Below are positions 13,962 through 29,567 of a stretch of 64,000 nucleotides of DNA, in pieces. Below the pieces are notes generated by a model. That model did not search any database. It was not told the DNA's origin and saw only the letters and a list, made by a program, of their open reading frames with translations. Source of the stretch: Octopus vulgaris (Eukaryota); the NCBI GenBank assembly GCA_951406725.2, contig OX597816.1, forward strand, positions 146,878,001-146,942,000, in the 5' to 3' direction. The position numbers were made by a program, and so were the translations under genes. Numbering within the stretch: the first letter of the stretch is position 1; every line of letters begins with the position of its first letter.

Positions 13962-15862
13962 TTGTGTGTGTGTGTATATGTTGCGTGTGTGTGTGTGTGT
14001 GTGTGTATGAACATTTGTAGAGATGAGCCAATGAGCCACATTTGGAATAGAAATTGCAAATCTTCCGCTTTACAGAACTACAGTACGTATTGTATACCAA
14101 ATATAACTCAAAGAGGAGAAAAGAAAAGAAAGAGGAAAAAAGAAAGAAAAGGGAAGATAGAAAGAATACAAAATGACCTCCAGTGATGACCAAACCGCAC
14201 CTGTACCTTTTTTTATTGTTTTTTAAGAGGTCACCATCCTTTTAAGCCATTCTAATACAATGGTTAAGGACTAAATAAATAAATGAACGGTGAATAGGAA
14301 TATTCTCGCTCTCCCTCCCTCTACCTATCTTTCTTTCTGTCTGTCTGTCTCACTATCTATCTATCTATCTATCTTTCATGTAGCAAGGATGGCACGTATG
14401 AATGACGAAGCCACCTTGAGCATAATCCTATGAACCCAGAAATTGAAAACAGAGGTTTACCCACTTGCAAACAAATGTTGTAACATATAACAATATTGAC
14501 CAAAGTTACCGTGGTCTTTTTCGTAGGGTTTTCTTCCCACGGATAAACCTTACTTGCTTTCCCCTTTACACCATACATCATAACACTGTGATACACGATC
14601 CCTATTGATCGTTTTTTTTCCCCTTTTTTCTTCTTTTTTCATTTCTCTTTTCTTTTGTTCCTTTTCCTTTTTTTTTTTCTTTTTTGTTCTTTTTTTCCCT
14701 TTTACGATCCCTTTTGATCGAAAACCTACGCCACCTTTTTTTTTTGTTTTTTTGTTTTTTTTCATCCACCAAAAGAAAAGCTCTACCTTGTAACCCATCC
14801 CATCTGTGTGCAGCCCTGTGTGGCCAATAAAGAAAATTATCTATCTTTCAGCTTATCTACCTACTCATATTTCTATCTATCCATCACCATTGTCACGGAA
14901 CCTTACCCAAAAAAACAAAAAACAATGTTTTCTTCTAAACAAAATCCCCCCAAAACATATGTTTTATATAAATGAACAAGCTGTTTGTACATTCACAAAA
15001 TTTTATTTCACAAGTTGTAGACAGAAAGGAAAGCGCTAATAGTAATGAATAAATAAAAGGATTTTTTTTTCCAAAATTGTGACGACTTTTTTTTCTCAGT
15101 ATTCAATTTCTGTACATCACACCTGACACTCTGTACACCCACACACAAGCACACACACACACATACATATATATATACACAGACATATGTAGGGAGAGAG
15201 GGGAGGAGAGAGAGAAAGGGAGAGAGGGAGAAAGAGGCAAATCTGTGAATAACAGCGAATTCAAGAACAATGGTAAAAACAAGAAAATTCGAATTGCCGT
15301 ACACCGCGTATATTACTTTGGCGCTGAGTGAGAGTTTCGAAGGACGAAGTAAAATTATAACGTTTTAAGCATGCCACATTGCAGATGAGAGAAAGAAGTT
15401 TCAAGGAGAAGCCAAAGGTGGAAGGAACAGAATAACACATGGGTTTCTATGTATATATGATAATACGCACTCACACACACATACATAGATCGATTTCTTT
15501 ATAATATATTATATTATATATTATATATACATGAACACGACCGCGTCTACTCATGCATATATGCATGCATACATACATACGTTCACCCATGCATACATGC
15601 AGTACAAATTGTTTCAACTAGTGATTGCATGCAACGTTCCACTTAAATGCGCCATCTTCCTTCCCTTACGTTAAGATAAAAAAAAAACACTATCCATTGT
15701 ATGAGTCTTACAAGATAAATATAGTGAAGGGGTTAAAAACTTTCAGGCCGAAAATAATAAATGGTAAAAAAATGTTTAAACCATTTCCATAGAATGACTA
15801 CAGTCCAGTGACGAAAATCAAAGAAAAAAAGGAAAGAATACAAGTGCAAAATAATATGTATG

Positions 15863-15922
<60 letters not shown>

Positions 15923-16162
15923 GAAAGTATGTATATGCATGTGTGTGCGAGTGTATACATGCATACATATGTATGTCTGTTTTTTTTTTTTTCGTGTGGG
16001 CGTGCTATAGAAAAATGAGTCACCCCGTGGCTACTCTCAGTTTTTCACCATGAAAGTTCAATGAGGCCTGAATCATCGCAAGTGGCGCGGAAGTTCAGAA
16101 AGGAAGAGTGAATTATCAACGTCGAAACCATAAATAAATTCTAGGTTAGAACATATACATAC

Positions 16163-16220
<58 letters not shown>

Positions 16221-16325
16221 TGCGAGTGTGCATATATATATATATGTATATAATGTATATGCGTGCGTCGTGTGTGTGAGTGTATATATACACGCACATA
16301 ATATATATATACTTATAGATATACA

Positions 16326-16397
<72 letters not shown>

Positions 16398-16956
16398 CAC
16401 ATATATATATCAGTGTGTATGTGTCTATATATGTATGTATAGTCATACATATAAATATAGTTACATGCATATATGCATTTCCCACAAACATATAGGCATA
16501 TAGTAATGTGCGTATATGTTTGTGCATGTGTGTGTGTGCGTATGTTTGAATATACCCATACACATTGTTATGCACATAAATTAATGTCCGACTTCTATGC
16601 ATACAAAAAATTTGGGTATTGGACATTGCCATTCATCATTATTCACTGACGCTGCCCTTTCCACTTTTTGAGCAGAATCTGTATGTACTATTATTTTCAG
16701 AAATATCATCACTATGAAAATGTGTATGCTTGTATACATGTGTGTATATCTATAGAAACTAGTTTCCTACTAATTGTGTATCTTACATGTATTGGGAACT
16801 TTTGCTTATATTATGAACCTTTGCAAAAATGTACATGAAAATATTCAATATGTACTGCATATAAAGTTTTTACTTTTAATAACGATGTGCTCATTCGAGT
16901 GCCAGTCTGATCACCTTGTGCATGTATATATCATGTTATACGTATTCATATATATA

Positions 16957-17866
16957 GTCTTGTACTCATATATGCATGTATATATACATGTAGAGGTAGG
17001 TACGTACATATATGTATGTATATATGCATATGTTTTATTTATTTATTAATTTATTATATGACGGAACGCACGCATCCATTTCTAAGTAAGATTGTTCCTA
17101 ATATTAATAATGATGCAAACTCTTAACCTTTCTCTCCCCCTCCCTTTCTCAGCCTTCATTCTTTTGGCTTTCCTTTTCTTCTACCTTACTGTCTTTCCCC
17201 CCTCTTTCTGAAATTCTTCATTCTTTTCTCTACAACCATTACCTTTTTTCTCTCCTTTTCTCTTACTCCTCCTCCTCCCTCCCGTCGTTGACCCGCGACG
17301 AGAACTCTGCTACTGTCTTTCTTCTCCTGGCTACCTTCAAGTAGAGACGGCACATCTGTTGCTCTCTCGCCGTTCTCAAAAAATAGCGTTCGTAAAAATT
17401 TTTTATCTCGTTCGGCTTAACAGCCCTTCTTGTTTGTATTACTGTTATTCTCCTTTTCCTGTCTTTTACTGTTTACATTTTGTACTGTCGTTACTGTCCT
17501 GTTTTTGTTACCATTTTTACCCCTCTGTAAAAAAATCTCAAATTTCATTTAATTTGATTTTCGCGGGAAGGATTGTTTCATTAAAGTCATGTATCGCCTT
17601 TACCTTCGAAACGTGGAGTAGATGAAACAAAGGCGACTGAAGAAGGGGAATCTTCCTTGTTTAGTATGTCCTGTACTCTATTTTTTCGTTGTTTGAGAAA
17701 AATGTCCATTTCCTTGGTTTTGTGTTTATGTTTTCGTTTCTCATTGTGTTCGACGTTTTTCTTTTTTGGTGTCCTGTACTCATATATGCATGTATATATA
17801 CATGTAGAGGTAGGTACGTACGTATATGTATGTATATATGCATATGTTTTATTTATTTATTAATTT
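16957..17866. repeat. 96-bp direct repeats (16957-17052 and 17771-17866) flanking a ~720-bp pyrimidine-rich insertion
   Basis: tgtactcatatatgcatgtatatatacatgtagaggtaggtacgtac...ttattaattt is present twice with about two mismatches. Confidence 0.88.
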
Positions 17867-17940
<74 letters not shown>

Positions 17941-18792
17941 TAATTCATAATGGAAAATGTGTTGTTAAAAATGCACCTAAATTGCAAAAACTCGTAAAAG
18001 CTTCAAATTAGAAAATCATCTTTAAATGTTTCAATGTTGACCAATTAAAATCTTTCAATGTTGATAAATTAAAATGTTCAATACAGAAGGTCATTTCGTT
18101 GTATTGGCTGAAGATCAATTTTGATTGGTCTGGAGTTTGGTGACGTAAGCAACTTGTGTTTGTATGGTGATTTGGAGTTACGGTTTCGGAACGCGGGTGA
18201 AAGATTGTTACTAAAGTTTAAGATATTAAAAAAAATTGTTGTTCCTTCTTGTTTTTTTTTCTTGTGTGTTGAAATTGATTCTTTTTCTTTTCTTTTTACT
18301 GCTTTTTCTAATTTCTAAAAGATATTTAGCTGTGGTTTATATTCTTTAATCAGTATGTTTTCCTTATTTAAACGGAATTCGGTTGAAGTGTTTCCAGTGC
18401 ATTGATAGAGAAAGAATTGGTCTAGATGCTTGCTTACGGGAATTTTCCTAGTAGTCTAGGTGTTTGCTTACGGGAATTTTCCTAGTAGTGGGGTCCCTGA
18501 TTTATTGCCTGTGCACCGTAAGTCTATCCCTCAAAGTTTAGCTAGTTTGACCAATGTAGTCACCACCACAACCTCCACAAAAAATATTGTTGAAATTAGT
18601 TCGGCATATATGTAAATAACTGTGTTTTAAACATTTACACGTTTTTGAAATTTAGGTGCCTTTTCAACAACACACTTACCTATACTTTTTCCTGCGTGGA
18701 AAAAAACACCTCCTCTTTTGTTATATATATATATATTTGTGTGTGTGTGTGTGCGTGTGCGTGTGTTTATATATACGTATGCATACATGTGT

Positions 18793-19615
18793 ATAATAAA
18801 TGAAAACATATATGGTAAACAAACAAACGATATAACGTATGGCGCATGTAAAAACGAGGGGGAAACATACAAAAGGTCCATAATCATCAGTTATCGACCA
18901 ATTGCCAATATTCAAATTTGTACCTTTAACGATAAGACTGAACGCTTCCCATTTGGCGGTGCCTGCAGAAATTTTTCTTGCAGAATATTAGGGACGTGAG
19001 AAAACAAAACGAAACAAAACAAAGCAAGCAAAACGACGCAGGGTGTGATTTTGGACGGTGGGCAAGGAAGAACAGTCGAACAAAATACGGCCCTGGGGCC
19101 AAGGGGACGGCAATAGTGGGTAAGGCTCAGAAAATGTCTCCTTCACTTCATCTCTTTCATCTTATTCTCTGTAGATCTCTCTTTTGCTGTTTTTCTCCTC
19201 TGCCTGTGGCCACTTCTTTTCCTTACTTCCTTACACTGGTCCCATAGCTGGCCAGTCACAAATTTTCTGTCTCTCCGTTCTCCATCCTTGAATACATTTT
19301 CTAAGCGTTACCCACTATTGTCGTCTCCTTGGCAACAAGGCCGTATTTTGTTCGACTGTTCGTGATTGTCCACCGTCCTAAATCACCCTCTGTGTCGTTT
19401 GCTTCTTTTGTTTTGTTTTATTTGCTCACGTGCCCAATTCTCTGCAAGAAAACTTTATTGCCAATTAGGAAGCGCTCAATCAGGTGCCAAATAGAATATT
19501 ACCAATTGGTCGATAACTGATGAAGCATTATGGACCTTCTGTTTTTCTCCCGTTCGTTTTTACATTCAACATACGTTATGTGGTTTGTTTATTTATCATA
19601 CATTTTTCATTTATT
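18793..19615. repeat. Long imperfect inverted repeat (arms about 18793-19138 and 19294-19615)
   Basis: Examples: catcagttatcgaccaattg / caattggtcgataactgatg and gaacagtcgaacaaaatacggcc / ggccgtattttgttcgactgttc. The arms are colinear over more than 300 bp. Confidence 0.9.
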
Positions 19616-19793
19616 AAGTAACGGAACGCAACATACACCGAATTTGTATTATCGATTGTTTTTCATATATGTATGTGCGTGTACATATATATCCGCTCAC
19701 AGGGCTTTAGTAGGCTCATGGCTATAAAAGAAGACACTAGCTCAAGGTGCCACGCAGTGGTACTGAATCCGGAACCATGTGGTTCCACACACC

Positions 19794-19888
<95 letters not shown>

Positions 19889-21106
19889 CGGGATCGACCA
19901 GATAACGTACATTAATATTCATCGCTGGCCACAATACTCTTTATATTGTTTTAGTTTTCGAGTAATCTCACCCGCTGGTTAGGTGAGAAGCTAACATCCC
20001 CCACCCCCTTATCGGAATTATTTACAGGCGATTGGATTGGATAAGGTGAACTGAAGTGTTTTGCTCAAGAATAGAACGCGCAGCTCGTGCAGGAAATCGA
20101 TCCCGCCATCTAGCGATCGTAAGTGCAGCACCTTCACAACTAAATCAGGCGCTTTCATGTATGTCTTTGTGTTTAAGTCTGCATGTATTCTCATATAACG
20201 TCTGAGAATTTTCGTATGTTTTTATTTCTACTATTCTACCAAATGCTATCGATTAGTAACGATGTATATATGAGTGTTTGTATATGTGTGTATGTTTGTG
20301 CAGATGCGTTTTGTGCGTGTGTGAATGTTATCCACACACAATCTGTTAATTAATCATATGATCTGAAGCTATTGCACAGCAAACGTTTTTAAATTGATAC
20401 GATATCACAAACTACAAAGAGATGTGTTCCCAACACAGACATGCACGTGTCGACTACCTTAAGACTGGTTCTCCTCTTCTTTTAGTTTAGTCAACAGTTC
20501 CTGAAGAATGACCTGTTATTTGGAAGGTTCTAACATTTGTGAACTTTTAAATGTCAAACAGTAATTCGTAATTTAGGTGCTTAGAAAACTAAACTACTGA
20601 TTGAAATGAATATGAGTAAAATGCGTAATAATAGAATTAGCATGAGCAAAAATAGTTACTGAAACTAAACATTTCAGGCTCATTTTCATAGATTTTAACT
20701 TTATATTTGATGGGTTTTTTTAACTATCAAAGAAAATGTAAGTTATACATGTAAACATAATAATACTACGTTTCATAAAATATACAGTGATCTCCTTGTA
20801 TATTGATATAGGGGGAAATATTCGGTATATACATGACTATAATGCAATATTTCGTAATGTATCCGTCTAGATTTCTATTTCCCACAGACAAACAAAATGA
20901 AACATTCATACGCACTCACACAAACTCTCTCTCTTCCTCTCTCCTCTCTCATATTTTCTCTCTCTCTCTCTCTCTCTGTCTCTGTCTCTTTCTCTCTGTC
21001 AGGCACATACTCATTCACACCTTCATGGACACAAGACCACACACACACGCATACACATATGATTACATACACACACACACGTATATTTATACACACACAC
21101 ACACAG

Positions 21107-21142
<36 letters not shown>

Positions 21143-21158
21143 CATGTATGTATGTATG

Positions 21159-21214
<56 letters not shown>

Positions 21215-21391
21215 TGCAATTGTGTGAGAGTTTGCGCATATATGTTTGTGTAGTTGCGGATGTGTGAGCCTGCGTCCGTAAGAGACACAGATTCACTCGT
21301 AATACACTAGTGAACACTGACTTTGCATATATGTATGTGTGTATGTACGTATGCATATATGTATGCATGCGTGCATGCATGCATATATGTA

Positions 21392-21441
<50 letters not shown>

Positions 21442-21506
21442 AATAGATTGACAGATTGACAGACAAACAGGCGGGTAGGCATGTATACATACATGTATAC
21501 ATACAT

Positions 21507-21587
<81 letters not shown>

Positions 21588-24028
21588 AACACACTTATAT
21601 TATTTTTTAACAAGAATAGTACTGCGACTTCCCAACTACGCACCGTCAGACTTTAAATCATGTTTATACACTAATTATCTAGTGCTAAAGTAACCACAAA
21701 TACAACACCAACTACTACATCTCTATATATAGGATCTAGAGCAATGTGTGGAAGACACAATACAAATACACACACACACTTTCGCAACTCAAGCAGAAAA
21801 ATCTAAAATTAATGGACATTAAAGTGAAGAAGTAATAATTTCAATTAAACAGGAATATATTGTCATACGCACACACTTATAAACAACAAACCTTGCTAAC
21901 TCTGTTCAAACGAATCGTATCACGTCCTAACACTGAAGGCAAAACTGAACCGAAATTCTGAATTAGTCTCCTTGTGTAAATAGAAAAATTTTTAAACACT
22001 AAAGCATTTCGAGCCTATGATTTTGTCTTACGGCAAATATAAAAACATATCACAACCCTACAACCTCCACACCTATACCTTCATCACAAAACAAATCAGG
22101 CAGAAACTACTTACGAATTCTCAAATTTTCAAAAAATTCCCACATATTCTAAAATAATTCCACACACCTACAAAAAACACAAACTTACATTTATGTAAGA
22201 AGAGAGAGGAATGACCCGGCTTAGATTTCATTGCGCATTCTTTACAATGCACACATTTTAATAAATACAAATAATATGTCACATTATAAAAAAGTTTCCA
22301 TGCATGAAATGTGATATAAGAAATATAAAAATGGCCTACAAACTTCACCCCCTTTAACACATACGTTAAACATCATGTACAGCAATCAAATATTTTCCAC
22401 ATCGATGACTCTTATGGAGAAATAGGCTGTTCAACACCCTTCAAACCTACCGACATATTATTGTGAACATTAAAATACTTGTTTAACAAATACTCCATAC
22501 TAATACCAGTCTTACGTACTTAAGTAATAACTAAGACACTCTAAATATAAACTACAAAAAACATAAATAATACCAACGTGCTAACCAAATAAACCTCACC
22601 CCCTACCTATACTTTTTGTGAACCATATAAGGAAAAACCAATTGCATACAAAATTGAAGACACTAGACTGAACACAAGCATTTAACCGTCACATTATCAA
22701 AACAAAATGTAAACATTCCATTAATATCTCAATAAAACGAAACCATGTTAGGACTAACAACCTTGCTATTTCTTGTATCAAATCCTTTGACCTGAAGATG
22801 ACTCACCTATACAAACACACCTAATTTTTTTTTTAAACTGTATATATATGAATAAATTGTAACCAATAGCACCTTCCCACGTTTAATCAGTAGAAATTCT
22901 ACATCCCATCTTACCAACACAAACTAACATACCGTATTATTATCATTCAATATATCTCCGGGTAGCCTACAAGTCCTTAGCCTAACAGATGCTGTATAGA
23001 TCTAAGATGAGCGCAAATAGTTTACAGTTCGATGATGGGTCAGATGGTCGAAACTTCGAAGTCACTGTCAATAACAATAATATACTTGTTAATGTAAAAT
23101 AAATTACTACTCTACCAAATGTTTTGAGTAATCCTTCAGCTGCAAGCAAAATTGCTCTTATAACATTAAAACAAACAATAGTAGATATATAGATAGATAC
23201 ATAGATATATGCATACATACACGTACATATATACACACCTTCATATATTCATACATACGTACACACGTACATGCGTACACACGTACATACATACATAGAC
23301 ATGCATATATTTCGTTCGGTAGAGTAGTTGTTGCTCACTAAAATATGGTAAAAATAACAGTAAACAAATAAGTAAAAAAAAAATCACTGGAGCTTTGCAC
23401 TATAATAACTATGAAAACTTCAGTGAACGGATGGTGTCATATGTTCTTTATTTGTGATCAACAGAGGCCAGTTGATATAATCGCTGGTTTTATGAAAGCT
23501 CGAAAAACTGAATAGATAAAAAAATATGCACATACATACGCTAACAAATTTGGATGGCGTGGGAAAAAAACGAAATGAGCATGAAAACAAAGTGACGTGT
23601 GATGCTAAGCTAAAATGAGCACTGATCCCTAACTGAGGATAGATGCAGTATAATTTACAACAGATCAGATGTAGATCAACCAGGAATTCTGATGTATGTC
23701 CGCACATCATTTCTATAATGATTTCTTCTTTTCTTTCTTTTATATTTTATTGAGCAGTAGGTTTTTTTCTTTTGTTTTTATCTCTGATCAATCTTAACCA
23801 GCGTTTTCCCTATTTGTTCCAGAGCTATCGATTTACATACACACAAACACATACACACACAAATACACACACACATGTATATATAAACAAACAAACAAAT
23901 AGCTATATATAATAGATACACATATACACAAATACACACACATATACATATACTCAAAAATATATACAATATATGTGTTTATATTTGTATATACGCATAT
24001 TCATATAAATATATATACGTACATATAC

Positions 24029-24088
<60 letters not shown>

Positions 24089-25358
24089 ATACGTATGTAT
24101 GTATTTCTACACAAACACTAACGCAAGCACGCATATGAATACATAAGTTTATGCGTGTGTACTTGTGTGTGAGTGGGTGTGTTTTGTGTTTTGTTTAGAA
24201 ACACAATTTTCTTTTCTCCAATGGAAATATGAATATATCACCATCATAATCATCATGATCGTCGTCGTCATCATCATCATCATCATCGTCGTCGTCGTTG
24301 CAGTCGTCGTCGTCATCGCAATCCCTTCATCGTTATTACTTGTGTGTGTTTCTACGTTTATACTAACAAATTCGATAAACTCTGAATACTGTGCCACTGA
24401 TAACTCCATTTCAGTCGGTTTGTTCTCCACATGTCTAACTCGTAAACTATAAATATTTATAGGTCCCTCTCCCCCCCCCCGTCTCTTCCTATCTGTCTCC
24501 CACACACACAATGCATATATATTACAAAGCTACGTGGGAAACTTTTATGTTTATCACAACTTAGTAATTGAAAAATGACACGCACATCACATGAAGATAC
24601 AGACACTGGTACATTCACGCACTCATAAGAATGCACACAATCTCTCTATCTCTCGCATATACAAACACACATACACACTCTCTCTCTATCACACGTACAC
24701 ACATACACACGCACACACACACCCGCGCGGGCACACACACACACACACATACACACAAGCAGATTTTCCTGTTCAGTCAAAATCGTAGTGGATATAAGGA
24801 TATAAACTCCTTAAATTGAAGATCACATCAATTTTCGAGAGGATTATTGTTGTTCTACTAACCAATTTCACACTAATTATGTCATTGAATCTTTCTACAT
24901 ACTCCTTCTTTTTATACAGATTTCGACGTATAAAAATGTAACCGAAAGTTTTCAGTACCTGTATCTTCATCTCTTCATTTTTCTTTATTTTCTTCTTTTG
25001 CTTTTTTTTTTTTCTATAACTGTAAAATTCTGATGTGCAGTTCTGTTTTGTACGGATTATAAGTACGGCATCTTAGAAATAGCAGTCAAATCATCCTATA
25101 AAAATGTTGACATTGAGTAATGCAGCCTGGGTAAAACAAATTTTCTAAATAATTATGGGTTGGTAATAATCTTGATATCTAGTGATTGCTGATCAATATG
25201 GTTAGCACTAAGTGTGTGTTAATTAATAAAAAGTAAACACTCGAGTAATTATAAAAAATTTTTATATAGCAACGAGCCTATGAATTTGCGAGAGCGGTTA
25301 GTCGATTAAATCCATCGAGGTATTTGAAAGGCATATGATTTTAACCACACCCAATGTC

Positions 25359-25412
<54 letters not shown>

Positions 25413-27396
25413 TATCTGGGATTTGAACTCGGCCTTCCTTAAAGAATTCAGAAATATACCGCATAGTATTTTATCCAACTTCCAAATGATTTTCCCCATC
25501 TGCCAGAGTTGAAGTAAAACAAGAGTGTTATTTTTTAATTTGAATAGAGGAGGGCAAACCATTTTATTGACCCAGCACTGGTACTTTATTGCATTAAGCT
25601 GCAAAGGATGTAAAGCATATTTAACTGTTACGAGATTTGGACTCAAATCGAAACAGATAATGTCCTGTAATTTCTCCACAAACTAACGACACTCCTGTCC
25701 AGGAACTATGGGGTAATAGAAATTGTAACTGACATATTTCCCAAATCTCGAACAATGAAATTAGTAATAATGTGTTAATGGCTTAAAGCCAAACCCTTGA
25801 AGTGGGCTGGCGCAGCTGAATGCTTCACTCACTTCATTAATCTCAGTAAGGTTTCTCTTTTCCACTGTAATCACACAAAGGGTAGAAACTCGATAGTAGC
25901 TGTAGTGATTAAATTATCTCATGTTAGTAAATTTCAAGCCATTAATATCTAAACCTAAAGAAACCGCCAATATGATCATGTTGATTGCACATGAGACGAC
26001 TATGGGGAGCAATCACGAATACATTTCATTAGATATATTTAGTTTCTTACGATTATTCTGAGTAATAAAAAAAAGAAATGGGACTCATAAAACTAAATCA
26101 GACCGACGTTTGTTTCCAATATTGATCATAAAACTATCAGTGGAACACTATATAGTATTTGGCAACGATAAATCTCCACTTAGACATTAAGCAAACTATC
26201 TTATCAGAGAATACCGGACAATCCTACACTATAATCTTTATAATGAATGTAGGATCGCACGATAAGAATACTTAACTTCTAACCTGATCACGTTTGAAAT
26301 ATTTCTTCAAGATACCCACAATCTAAATGGTTTCAAATGGCTTCAAATTTTGGCAAAGGACAAGAAAATTTGCTGAAAGTGTAAGACGATCACATCAATC
26401 AGACTGCTCGGCTTTTACTTATTTTATAGACGCCATAATGCTAAATTTATACCATAGCCGCATTTGAACTTTGAACCCGTAATCTAAAATGGAAATATAA
26501 AGTTCAGAAGGCAGAGAACTAGTAAAATTCGCAAACATGCATTAAAACAATGCTTGGACTGTAATAATTACTGCACCGACTCTTGTTTAATATCTCTGAG
26601 TAGTATTATCTTATCACTGGTATCTTGAGTGTGGGTAGTATTGTAGCAAATGTAAAGCCTGACAAACCCTTACGTAATATTATGTACATTACCCTGCGCA
26701 CATTCCAAAGTTCTTGTCCGCCAATCATTAATTTCAAGTGCCTACGATTGCCAATTCTGAGGATGGAGATTTGTAGCTGACATGCATATTAACATATTAA
26801 TATATCCATTATTACTTGCTTGAGAAATATATCAATTACCGCATTATTCTTTATGTTTTAAGTGTGATGGATTGGTAGAATATTTGATATACTGGTGTTT
26901 AATATACTTAGCGCAGCCATCGGTTCAATTTTATAAATATTTGAAAAATGAACATTCTTTTCATTAAATTATAAATTTTTCAGTAAAATAAAGATCGCTA
27001 ACGTGCCATGAGTGTCTTTGCCTAGGATCGTGATAAATATTGGTACTCGTTAGCATCCGCAGCAAAAACATTGCTAACTTTCTATAAAGTACAGGTCTTC
27101 TAAAGAACTGTATATGTTTATTGAATCATATTTGTCAACGTGCTAAATGAAATGACTCTTACGAAATAGAACAGCATATACACCAAACGCCTGAGATTTT
27201 ATTTCACGCATTTCTCAGATTTTGCAAACAATTCACATTCTATTCTTTTTTATTGCTAATAAAAGTGCTATAAGATATCGAATCAGCCGAAATTGCGAGC
27301 ATGATCCGGTTCTTGACTGAAGATTAAAAGCTTCGAATGACCCGTCCGTGTTTTTTGTATCGTCTTCTGGATGTTTTGCGTTCTTGTCCCATTTTG

Positions 27397-27467
<71 letters not shown>

Positions 27468-29236
27468 TTTATTTAAAGCAGCAGAAAATTCAACAAAACC
27501 TGTTACTCTGAGTTTCCCGTTGCCGTTCAATATATATATTGACACATTTATACAAGTAAATTTGAGTTACAATAGGGCTGGATAATTTATGTATATATTT
27601 TTAGGAATAATTACCAAACTTCAACTCGTCTGATCTACTTTATTCATTAATCCTACCCAGGAAACAAAGTGAAGGTCGTGTTCTTGACATACATTGCCTT
27701 GCGGGGATTTACAATGTTTCCAAATCGCACCTACTGTAAATTTGCATTTCTTCTTTTCATAAAGAAAAATAAAGTACTAAAAATAGTCTAATGAGATACA
27801 AACCTGCATCCAAATTTCATGGTTTGTTCAACAGCTGAACGCATAAAATATATAATGACAAATAACTTCCCCTATTATAACTACTATCCACAACAGCTAA
27901 GTTTTCGAATCTGCTGTCGTTAAAAATATTAGCAGTTAAATCAATGTTAGTATCATAGTCTATTTTACGTTGTATGTATTTGTCCTTTTGCCCATTTTCT
28001 GTACGTGATTTACTATTAATAAAAAGTTCATGGATTATTCTATGCTGTATTACTGTGCTTTTTTAATGAATATTTTTTGACATTCATAGCCTAAGGACGA
28101 GATTTCATATCTTGTATGAAATATTAATTATTTTCCGGTTGTTTAAAGTACATTCTGTAGTAAGAGGTTTGTCGTTCCATATAAAACTTTTAATAGAAAT
28201 TCCCTAGTTAAATAGTACCTTTGGAAAGCAATCATCTCATAACATCAAAGTACTGGAATTGCTGAATGTAAACTATTCTAATGATAGTATACACATCGTA
28301 AGAACGATGAAATTTTGCCTACACAATTCATATTTCTTCATCCCTCAACCCACACTGGCTCTAGATGAAGTTACATCTCCGAATTTCCATCAAAGTGAAA
28401 TTATTTCCAAAACAGACATGGAGCTGAACACAAATTCATGTTTATGTTTCTGATGTGCCTCAGCGATAATCGAATCACAAAGATAGACGAGAAAATACGA
28501 GGCATATTCAGATGGGAAAGCAATTATCCAATATATAAACACAACAGAGACATACAGAAGAATTTTAAAGAAACTCTAAGTAGAAGTTATAATGTCCAAA
28601 AGGTTAATCAGCTTGTTACGGTCAAAGCCTGAAACACAACATAAATAAAGAAATTATCACATGCTAACAGCAAACTTATTGAAATCATGGAAGTTAAGGC
28701 AGCAATACTAAAACATATAAATAAAAATAAATGTTCGTGAATTAATTAGCGTCGAACCCACAAAGAAAACCCATAGCCTCTCTACATGTATGACAGTTGC
28801 ATCTACAGTGCGGTGAAATACATCTATAGTACGGTGAAATCTCAAAAGTCGAATAGCAATTACAGATGCACAATCTTCCAAATCAACACATCAGCTAATA
28901 GAATCGTTAAACAGTTGACATATAAGACAGAAAGACATAGCAAGCTTTTATTGGATGAGTACATAGAATATTTACCAAATGTTGGGAATGTTGACAAAAT
29001 CTCCACTAAAATGTTAGGTAAACTTTTTCTGTAATGTGAACTATAGGATTACTATTATACCTATAATTTAATTAACAGTCATCATTACAAAATGCTTCTT
29101 CATGCAAGGAAAAAACTCCATTGATAGCTATGATCTTTTCGCTAGCTGCAATACAAACTATAAATACAAAAAAGACTTGTTCACAGATTCTTCATATGGG
29201 TTTTGCAATTCAGTATATTTATCAAGAATGATGTTT

Positions 29237-29269
<33 letters not shown>

Positions 29270-29480
29270 TTGCTTGCAGACAAAGTCACTCTTACTCATA
29301 AACCCCGTCAGATATACCGCATAAGAGTATTCATTTCGTTGGCGCTCGATGAACTGTAAGAGTAATTTAAAGAGTAATTCGAAAATGATTCCTTTCAAAA
29401 ATATGTGAACAAAAAAGAAAGTAAATAGTTATAGTAATGCTATATATGTCGCAAATTACAACCGTTTACACGCGCGCGCG

Positions 29481-29521
<41 letters not shown>

Positions 29522-29567
29522 TGGAAATTTTCAGAAAAACAAAAAAACGACGGGGAGGTGAGAAAGT

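Noticed and set aside
14600-14765. T-rich tract and its Lys/Phe-rich ORFs
   Set aside because: Low-complexity homopolymer-rich sequence, possibly low-quality assembly.
21640-23160. A/C-biased region with SLYIGS and a GATGA..GAAAC motif, possibly an old Penelope body
   Set aside because: Too decayed to support a protein or ribozyme call by eye.
24149-24511. ORFs with poly-Thr/Met or poly-Ile/Val runs
   Set aside because: They derive from an (ATC)/(GTC) trinucleotide repeat.
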